A DNA stretch of 60,717 bases, taken from assembly GCA_964632045.1 (NCBI GenBank), contig CAZWBB010000007.1:1-60717 (forward strand), in the 5' to 3' direction. Source of the stretch: an uncultured Methanosarcinales archaeon (GTDB taxonomy: Archaea > Nanobdellota > Nanobdellia > Woesearchaeales > GW2011-AR9). Made by a program: the position numbers and the translations under genes. Position 1 is the first letter of the stretch; each line of letters opens with the position of its first letter. This document shows positions 54,099 through 60,717 of this stretch, piece after piece. A model generated the notes under the pieces. It did not search any database and was not told where the DNA came from. It saw only the letters and a list, made by a program, of their open reading frames with translations.

Positions 54099-55412
54099 AT
54101 GGGGGCTCCCAGGGACAATTTCTATGCAAATATAAGCACGTCTAGTGGGATCACTACTGTTCTGGATCCATTTCAGATCTACCTTTCTGCCAGCAAGCAA
54201 TATCCTCTGCTATCACGGCGAGAAGAGCAAGAGCTGGGGAAGGAACTTGAGCAATGCTACCATGGATTCTTTTCGTCACTTTGCATCTACAGTGAAGAGT
54301 CGACCGACCGGCCCAAGTTTGACGGACCTTCCATATTTCCCAAAAGGCTTCTTCTGAAGGAGAGATTTCCTCTTCTTTACGACAATGGCCTTACCACTAG
54401 CCTGGGTTTTCTGTATTGGGAAGTGAAATCTCTCTTTGACGACGGAAGAATTGATGAGAAAACCTATCAACAGTTCTTTGAGTGGGGACAGAATATTGAT
54501 ACTTGTGAATTTTTCACACCAGAACAATGTCGTGAACATCAGAAGTATAATACTTTGTTTGAATTGCTTCACTACAAGATTCCCAGGAGTGCTCTTCGTA
54601 CCGCTGGAACCAACCTGCACAAGCACATGCAAAAAACAAATCAATCTTCAGGAGTAGAAAGGTTGCTGCGTCTCTGCGTCCACCACGAAAAGCAGCTGGT
54701 GAACAGGCTTACCTGCTCAAACGTAAGGATGGTGGCTAAGATCGCCCTGGATTATCATAGGACTCACCAAACATATATCCGCGGACTGGACTTGCTTGAT
54801 CTGGTGCAGCACGGGAACCTGGGACTGATGAGAGCCATCGAGAAATTCGAGTATCGTCGTGGCTATCGCTTTGCATCCTATGCTTACAGGATTATTAGCC
54901 AGGAGATCCAGAGGGGCATAATGAGGGAAGCGAGAACCGTACGGTTGCCAGGCGCTTTCCAGAGGAAGTATAGGACATATATGGAGGCACGCCTCAAGTT
55001 GGAACACGAACTGGTACGGGATCCTACCCTACAGGAATTAGCAGAAGAGATGCAAATGGATGTTCCTGCTTTAATGAAGTTCCTGCAGATGCCCTCCAAG
55101 CAGAATCCCATGGAAAAACCTACAGGAGAATGTGGAAAAGTAGTCGCAGATTATATCCCCGATCCTCAAGGCAGTCCTGAAGAACTGACTGAGCAAGTGA
55201 GATTAGCTGATAGATTTGATACACTTTTCTACGAGCGGTTAACTCCAAAGGAAGAGAAAGTACTGCGCATGCGTTATGGGGTGGGAGAAGAAAGCGACCA
55301 CACACTGCAGGAAGTGGGTGACCATTTCTCAGTGACCAGGCAGGCGATTAACCTTGTGGAGAAAAGTGCAATGAGGAAGTTGAAAGAAATAGTGGTAAGT
55401 GGTAAGTGGTAA
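54099..55412 (+). CDS. Bacterial-type sigma70 (group 1/2-like) factor, degenerate promoter-recognition motifs
   Basis: Region 1.2 DPFQIYL..YPLLSRREE; 2.1 SNVRMVAKIA; 2.2 DLVQHGNLGLMRAIEKF; 2.3 GYRFASYA; ARTVRLP; region 4 LTPKEEKVLRMRYG..TLQEVG. Confidence 0.92.
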   Translation: MGAPRDNFYANISTSSGITTVLDPFQIYLSASKQYPLLSRREEQELGKELEQCYHGFFSSLCIYSEESTDRPKFDGPSIFPKRLLLKERFPLLYDNGLTTSLGFLYWEVKSLFDDGRIDEKTYQQFFEWGQNIDTCEFFTPEQCREHQKYNTLFELLHYKIPRSALRTAGTNLHKHMQKTNQSSGVERLLRLCVHHEKQLVNRLTCSNVRMVAKIALDYHRTHQTYIRGLDLLDLVQHGNLGLMRAIEKFEYRRGYRFASYAYRIISQEIQRGIMREARTVRLPGAFQRKYRTYMEARLKLEHELVRDPTLQELAEEMQMDVPALMKFLQMPSKQNPMEKPTGECGKVVADYIPDPQGSPEELTEQVRLADRFDTLFYERLTPKEEKVLRMRYGVGEESDHTLQEVGDHFSVTRQAINLVEKSAMRKLKEIVVSGKW

Positions 55413-55538
55413 GTTTAAGATGCAGATATCGCAGCCACAACTTACCACTAAGGACGTAGTCCCGCTACCACTTTACAACTTAACACTATATACAACATAT
55501 CCCTCACCTTTTTATACATCAAGAATATACTTTCTGGG

Positions 55539-56879
55539 ATGGGGGAGATACCTAGTTCTGAAGAAGTATTGTATTCGGAGGCATTAGTAGCCGGTAATAA
55601 GAACCGTGTCAAGAGGTTGAACACTCTTGGTGTATACATGAATGAAGCAGGTAAATTTCCTTTGCTCGGTGGGGAGGAAGAGAAAAAGTTGGCTCAGAAG
55701 ATTGAGTTCTGTTACCATGGTCTGCTTTCCATGCTCTGTGAGTATCAAGGTTATGATGATGATGGGGAGACAACCAATGGCTACCATCTTCTGCGTAACC
55801 AATACTACAAGTTGATGCGCAAGAAGTATCATGGAATTCGGGATATGTTTGATGAGTTTGGTGAAGTAGAGAAGGACATATATCTAAAAGGAGGGATATT
55901 TGATAAAGAAGCCAGGTACTGCGAACTTAATGGAGAACTTTATGATAAGCTGTTTGACCTTCTTGTCTATAGATTGCCACGTAAAGCAGTTAAGGACGCT
56001 GCCAGAACGCTCTCCAGCCATGTCAGCGATGAGTTGCGCTGGATGGAAGGTTCTCTGTTCAACAACCCTGAACGTCGCCGTTTTCTGGAGAACCTGAAGA
56101 AGGAGTTGAACCGACATCTGAGATTGGAGAAGAGATTTTCTCACAAGTTTGTACAATCAAATCTCCGTTTAGCGATCAAGATAGCTGGCAACCATTACCG
56201 GACCTATAAAGTTTACATGCACTCTCTTGATTTCAGTGACCTGGTCCAATACGCAAATGAAGGTCTGCTCACAGCGGTAGACCGGTTTGATTACCGCAGG
56301 GGGAACAGGTTTTCTACTTATGGCTCTTACTGGATCAGGCAAGCTGTAGGTAGAGGAGTTGCCGACCACGCCAGGACTGTCCGTTTTCCAGTCCATGTTA
56401 TCCAGGACCTTTCAAAATTCCATGCCAGCATCAGAAGACTAACTCCTCTCCTTGAAGGCAGACCAACCCTGGAACAGATCGCTGAAGAAAGCCGACTTCC
56501 ACTGGAGAAGGTCACTGAACTATCCAAGATGCACAAGTATCACGATTCTCTGAACAGGAAGGTGGGAGAGGATGGCGATGCAGAACTGCTTGATCTCATT
56601 GCTGATGAAAAGATACCTTCCCCGGAGAAAGTTACGTCGGAAGTCAAGAGAAGTGAATCTACCGGGCGATTATTGGCCGGCCTTACACCAAGGGAAGAGA
56701 AGATTCTGCGTATGCGCTTCGGAATAGGAGAACCCAGAGAACATACTTTGGAGGAAGTGGGACAGCATTTTGGTTTTACCAGGGAAAGGGCCCGGCAGAT
56801 AGAAGCAAAAGCATTGAAGAAGCTGCAGAAGAAAGGCTTAGCTCTGCAGGAATTGAAAGGTTGCCGTGAAGCTGTTTGA
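55539..56879 (+). CDS. Bacterial-type sigma70 (RpoD/RpoS-like) factor
   Basis: Region 1.2 YMNEAGKFPLL; SNLRLAIKIA; DLVQYANEGL..AVDRFDYRRGNRFSTYGSYWIRQAV; ARTVRFPVH; LTPREEKILRMRFG..TLEEVGQHFGFTRERARQIE. Confidence 0.95.
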   Translation: MGEIPSSEEVLYSEALVAGNKNRVKRLNTLGVYMNEAGKFPLLGGEEEKKLAQKIEFCYHGLLSMLCEYQGYDDDGETTNGYHLLRNQYYKLMRKKYHGIRDMFDEFGEVEKDIYLKGGIFDKEARYCELNGELYDKLFDLLVYRLPRKAVKDAARTLSSHVSDELRWMEGSLFNNPERRRFLENLKKELNRHLRLEKRFSHKFVQSNLRLAIKIAGNHYRTYKVYMHSLDFSDLVQYANEGLLTAVDRFDYRRGNRFSTYGSYWIRQAVGRGVADHARTVRFPVHVIQDLSKFHASIRRLTPLLEGRPTLEQIAEESRLPLEKVTELSKMHKYHDSLNRKVGEDGDAELLDLIADEKIPSPEKVTSEVKRSESTGRLLAGLTPREEKILRMRFGIGEPREHTLEEVGQHFGFTRERARQIEAKALKKLQKKGLALQELKGCREAV

Positions 56880-56977
56880 ACTACCACCGATAAGCTTAAA
56901 AAGGACGCATGAAATTTACTACTAAAATCGTCTAAATGAGTTCTATGCTTGTTTTTGCGAAACATGGAGTGATATAT

Positions 56978-57406
56978 ATGGCAGTGAAGAAAGGAGATAA
57001 GATAAAAGTTGAATATACCGGAACGCTTGATGATGGAACGGTCTTTGACAGTTCTGAAAAACATGGTCAGCCCCTGGAGTTTGAAGTTGGCAGTGGACAG
57101 ATCATCAAAGGTTTTGATGAAGCAGTCGTAGGGATGAAAGAAGGTGAGGAGAAAGAGATCAAGCTTCCACCCGAGCAAGCATACGGTGATCCCAATCCAC
57201 AGATGGTCCAGAAAGTGCCAAAAGACAAATTACCTAAAGAGATCGAAGCTAAGGAAGGGATGATCCTGATGATGGCCTTGCCAAATGGACAGCAGCTACC
57301 TGCACGTCTTGTTAAAGTAGAAGAGACCGAAGTGACGATCGACCTGAATCATCCTCTTGCCGGCAAGACGCTGAACTTCAAGATCAAGGTAATTGGAATC
57401 AGTTAA
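56978..57406 (+). CDS. FKBP-type peptidyl-prolyl isomerase (SlyD-like, short archaeal form)
   Basis: KGDKIKVEYTGTLDDGTVFDSS..GQIIKGF..PPEQAYG..DLNHPLAGKTLNF; start moved to ATG 56978. Confidence 0.93.
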   Translation: MAVKKGDKIKVEYTGTLDDGTVFDSSEKHGQPLEFEVGSGQIIKGFDEAVVGMKEGEEKEIKLPPEQAYGDPNPQMVQKVPKDKLPKEIEAKEGMILMMALPNGQQLPARLVKVEETEVTIDLNHPLAGKTLNFKIKVIGIS

Positions 57407-58082
57407 CAAAATACCCATAAGTACTTCTATTTCTTTCTTTTTCAATTTCTCCAACCAGAGAAGTCTCTTTGTAGACCCTTCGGTAAGCTTTGACCATATC
57501 CGTGTAAATCGTAAATCCTTTACCGAAGATGGCCTTTTTCACATCTTCATTTATCGTATTTTCCATCTCATGGATGGAGGATCTTGCCGACCCGCAGGAT
57601 CTTTCTCCGTTTTCCTGAAGAACAGCTTCTATACGAGCAAGAAAACCGTATTCCGGTTCAAATTTATGCAGTTTGAAGATATCCCTATGTACTCTCTCGG
57701 CTATGGCTGCATGAGAGCGGTACAGTTTTGCCGGCGAATAGTCACACGCCCCCTCCCCGATGAGCATAGCTCCTGCATCTATTCCAATCTCAAAAGCCTG
57801 TATATAGCCAAGCTCAGTGATTCTCTGCTGCAGTCTTTGTGAAGGTCTCAACTTAGGTATGTTGATCCTTCCGTCATCATACAATGGATGACTCACCTCA
57901 TGCAGTACCAGGAAAGGAAGTGATTTCTTAAGAAGATCCAGGTCGTCGTCAGATTCCAGATTGATGAACTCCATGAATTCCTTGGGAATCATCTGCTTCA
58001 TCTCCAGCTTCAATTCCTGGCGCTGTTCCAGGCGGAGTACCTGCCGCAACTGCATTCCCAGACTCATTCCCATTGACATCAT
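57399..58082 (-). CDS. HEXXH (zincin-like) protein with Gln/Leu-rich sigma54-region-I-like N-terminus
   Basis: MSLGMQLRQVLRLEQRQELKL; LVLHEVSH; downstream FEIGID. Confidence 0.65.
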   Translation of the reverse strand: MMSMGMSLGMQLRQVLRLEQRQELKLEMKQMIPKEFMEFINLESDDDLDLLKKSLPFLVLHEVSHPLYDDGRINIPKLRPSQRLQQRITELGYIQAFEIGIDAGAMLIGEGACDYSPAKLYRSHAAIAERVHRDIFKLHKFEPEYGFLARIEAVLQENGERSCGSARSSIHEMENTINEDVKKAIFGKGFTIYTDMVKAYRRVYKETSLVGEIEKERNRSTYGYFVN

Positions 58083-58726
58083 GCAACCTCCTCTGCTCTC
58101 TTTTCGGAATCCATGAAGAAACCTCTCCTATTATAGCGTATGGATGCATAGTTACCTTTTGCTTCCCCCACATTGATCCTTTCCGGCAGATCTACATCAA
58201 AATATTCAGCGACTTTCTTCACGATATTAGTTGCTGAGCGCCTGAGAGCAGCCTTCCGGTAGTTTATTCTTTTCGTAGCTGCTTTAGTACCTCCATCCGC
58301 ATTATTCAATAACGGCCTGGATCTCCCAGATATATACGGAGCGGGATTCTTATTGAGCATCATTGGGAATTTCGTTCTTAACCGCTCATAAAAAAGGTCA
58401 CCAACCCTGTCTGTCAGAGATTCCAGTGACTTGGAGTGGTCCATCGCCAGGACATCCACTATATGATCCAGCCATCTCAGGTGGATTATGCTTGTATCTG
58501 CTTCCCCAGCATAGAAATCGATCATCTTGATCCTTTGGTCCACACCCATCTTCTCAGGTTCAAGTTCCAACCGGGCGATCTGTGACTTGAACAGGTCATC
58601 CATCTCAATATGGACTGTATCCTCAATTATCTGATATTCAATATCTTCCTTCTGCAGACGCTGCACTACGTCCATCATCTTCAATCCTGTTTCTTTTGCA
58701 GCCTGTCGTAATGTTCTGTATGTCAT
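58079..58726 (-). CDS. Hypothetical protein with probable N-terminal HTH
   Basis: YRTLRQAAKETGL pattern; ATGA-coupled to the downstream gene. Confidence 0.6.
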   Translation of the reverse strand: MTYRTLRQAAKETGLKMMDVVQRLQKEDIEYQIIEDTVHIEMDDLFKSQIARLELEPEKMGVDQRIKMIDFYAGEADTSIIHLRWLDHIVDVLAMDHSKSLESLTDRVGDLFYERLRTKFPMMLNKNPAPYISGRSRPLLNNADGGTKAATKRINYRKAALRRSATNIVKKVAEYFDVDLPERINVGEAKGNYASIRYNRRGFFMDSEKRAEEVA

Positions 58727-58735
58727 TTCAATATA

Positions 58736-59374
58736 CTATGATACCAATAGATGCTCATCCTCATCCCTAAAGTAATACCACTTTGCCTTCTTCATCGATT
58801 CTTTAAGCTGACCCATAAAGTCTTGTGCTGGATCAACCACCATGATAATGCTATCTGATGCAGTGTATCTAACCCAGGCATGTCCACCACGATACATCGT
58901 ATTCCTGTCCACACTGACTTTCCCCCGGATATAACCTTCCTTCCCGAAGCGTTCCAGCAGGAAACCGCCAAATACAGCCTGATGGCGACAGACCCCTACT
59001 CCTTCTGCCAGATAGAGATCCAGGGAAATTTTCCCATCATTCTCAACATCATATCTTCCCATTATCTCTGTGACCGCACCTTTGTCGTACTGTAACTTCT
59101 CCCTGACAAAATCTTTTACTGTCGGAAGGATGATACTCCTGTCAACCAGCCCATCCTTTGGATCGACTGTCCTTTGCAAGGCTTCCTCAAAGCACAGCAG
59201 CAGTTGAGGCGATTTTGTTGAATCTACCACGATCGCTTCCCTTTGATGTGCCCCCAGATAGACACCTCCATCGATAGGAGAATCTCTTGTGATGATAGGC
59301 CTGTCGGCATATTTCCCATCTACTATCTCGTATTCCAGACGTTTTTTCAAATATTGTGTACGGTCCCAAGCCAT
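58736..59374 (-). CDS. Transglutaminase/papain-like Cys-His-Asp protein (EDR1-like)
   Basis: GVGVCRHQA, GGHAWV, VVDP; ATG at 59374. Confidence 0.75.
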   Translation of the reverse strand: MAWDRTQYLKKRLEYEIVDGKYADRPIITRDSPIDGGVYLGAHQREAIVVDSTKSPQLLLCFEEALQRTVDPKDGLVDRSIILPTVKDFVREKLQYDKGAVTEIMGRYDVENDGKISLDLYLAEGVGVCRHQAVFGGFLLERFGKEGYIRGKVSVDRNTMYRGGHAWVRYTASDSIIMVVDPAQDFMGQLKESMKKAKWYYFRDEDEHLLVS

Positions 59375-59556
59375 CAATTATTCTGAGGTAAGCAAGTTTA
59401 TAAAAGTTTTGGTGGTTGTGAGTGGAGAGTGGTTATTAGGTGGGAGTTGAGTCATCCAATGCACTCCCTACGGCACTGTCCAGAATGGAGATAAATCGTA
59501 TACTGGACAGCGCCCTCCTGCAAAAACTATATAAATGAATATTCATTTCCTTTACC

Positions 59557-60450
59557 ATGGCAAAACCAAAATTCGAATTCAAAGATCAGTACGTCAGCCA
59601 TGTTACCGGACTGGTTGCAGTTGAAAACAAAGAGATAGGAGAACTTCTTGCTGCTTTGGAAGATTTGAAGAAGGAAAGGAAGAGCACAAAGAAGGACCTA
59701 AGAAAGATAATACATATCTGGAAATATCTCTCCCGGACAGAAATCTATGTGGACAGAGATATGAGATATATTGTTGGAGAACTGAACGTGCATGGTACGG
59801 GTCCAGACTACAGTTTCTTTGCACATTATTCTCCCAAAGGATTCCTGGAAAAAGTTACTGACCTGGATTCGAAATTAGAAAAGTACAGGAAAATACTGCT
59901 AACTGCCTTAAGTAGAGGACTTGCTGGCCTGGGAATGGGAGAAGTTGGTCAAGAGTTGAGTGAGATCCGGAAGATTGAATTAGATCTGGAGAAGCATGCA
60001 AAAGATGCAGACCGGAAGAAAGTCTTCCGGCTTATTACCAATCTGGAAAGAGTACTGAGCGATCTAAAAAAATGGACCGCAGGAGCAGAAGCAGTTCTGA
60101 AGCAGGTCAGAGATTTGATGGAAGAAGCTTCTGTTAACATTAATGTAGAGCATTTGCTGCTGGAAGGCGAAATGGATAGATGGCACCATACCCTAAAAGA
60201 AGTCGAGGCGATTGTTAAAGCGTTCCACGTAAGAGTATCTCTTGACAAGCACCAAATTGAAGCCATCCTTGATGAGAGATTTTCCCATGAACCAGTTAAA
60301 GAACTAAACAACTTCTTTGCATGGCTGCAATCACATAAGGATGAGATTGATCCGAAAGGAAACTGGCTAGAAGAGCTAATTGCAGATCTTGATGAACATC
60401 ATCTGCAACGCGGTCTCGATTTTGAGTCTACTTTTGGTGACATGGTCTGA
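59557..60450 (+). CDS. Helical/coiled-coil hypothetical protein
   Basis: 297-aa ORF; AAACTATATAAAT about 25-30 nt upstream. Confidence 0.7.
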   Translation: MAKPKFEFKDQYVSHVTGLVAVENKEIGELLAALEDLKKERKSTKKDLRKIIHIWKYLSRTEIYVDRDMRYIVGELNVHGTGPDYSFFAHYSPKGFLEKVTDLDSKLEKYRKILLTALSRGLAGLGMGEVGQELSEIRKIELDLEKHAKDADRKKVFRLITNLERVLSDLKKWTAGAEAVLKQVRDLMEEASVNINVEHLLLEGEMDRWHHTLKEVEAIVKAFHVRVSLDKHQIEAILDERFSHEPVKELNNFFAWLQSHKDEIDPKGNWLEELIADLDEHHLQRGLDFESTFGDMV

Positions 60451-60592
60451 GACTGATACGGTTGTAGTTAAACGGAAGATGATCTGGCAGATAGTGAGAG
60501 TACAGCCCATGCGACGACGGGAGGTTTCTTCCGATAGAATTGCGGCTGTGATTCACAACCATTAAAAACCAGGAGTAAAGGCAACTTTTTGT

Positions 60593-60717
60593 ATGATTAT
60601 CAAACCAAAAACACTTCGCTCAAAAATCATCCATAAAGGTTGGCTGGACCTCTCCATCGATACTATTCAATACGATGGCAGTGAACCATACGACTACCAT
60701 GTCGTCCGTATCAATTA
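60593..60717 (+). CDS. Probable NUDIX (ADP-ribose pyrophosphatase-like) N-terminus, truncated by window end
   Basis: MIIKPKTLRSKIIHKGWLDLSIDTIQYDGSEPYDYHVVRIN resembles NudF N-termini; Nudix box not in window. Confidence 0.4.
   Translation, partial: MIIKPKTLRSKIIHKGWLDLSIDTIQYDGSEPYDYHVVRIN

Noticed and set aside
55392-55412. GTGGTAA x3 tandem repeat at the end of the first sigma gene
   Set aside because: Only affects the last few codons; probably local slippage, partly pairing with AACTTACCAC downstream as a simple hairpin
59440-59514. Two hairpins between divergent genes (GGGAGT..ACTCCC; GGCACTGTCCAG..CTGGACAGCGCC)
   Set aside because: Short, no flanking direct repeat and no second copy seen; insufficient support for an element or ncRNA
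77-60565. Most short ORFs in the track antisense to or nested in long genes (e.g. 6429..6812, 27505..28041, 36268..36765, 49429..50061, 56540..57178)
   Set aside because: Ser/Phe/Leu-rich shadows of Glu/Lys-rich genes on the opposite strand, with no motifs or start signals
1-60717. CRISPR array, rRNA or tRNA genes
   Set aside because: No regularly spaced repeats, rRNA-like tracts or cloverleaf/T-loop patterns were recognised by eye in the intergenic regions; tRNAscan was not run

Overview
Archaeal chromosomal segment. It carries aEF-2, rpl7ae-rps28e-rpl24e-ndk and BRE/TATA promoters; the bacterial-type Adk, TrmB and MNT-HEPN genes point to DPANN, probably Woesearchaeota (inferred, no phylogeny run). 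Around this housekeeping core are several unusual accessory systems. (1) Two tandem, full-length bacterial sigma70 (RpoD/RpoS-type) genes, each behind an archaeal TATA box; one is near-canonical and one has degenerate promoter-recognition motifs. A convergent operon nearby encodes a sigma54-N-terminus-like zincin and an EDR1-type Cys-His-Asp enzyme. (2) A >20-kb minus-strand phospho-signalling operon: LDH/MDH-fold-propeller fusion, Ser/Thr kinase, TPR protein, PP2C, giant repeat membrane protein and two receptor-like kinases with Ig-like ectodomains, one of them missing from the ORF track. (3) A MoxR AAA+ / four-propeller / zincin-vWA operon. (4) A caspase-fold protease gene split in frame by a 2,029-bp recombinase-free insertion, plus two MITE-like nested-hairpin elements with 11-bp flanking direct repeats. 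(5) A close homologue of the bacterial 2-ketoarginine methyltransferase MrsA. No rRNA, tRNA or CRISPR array was recognised. All family calls are motif-based by eye and need HMM or structure confirmation.
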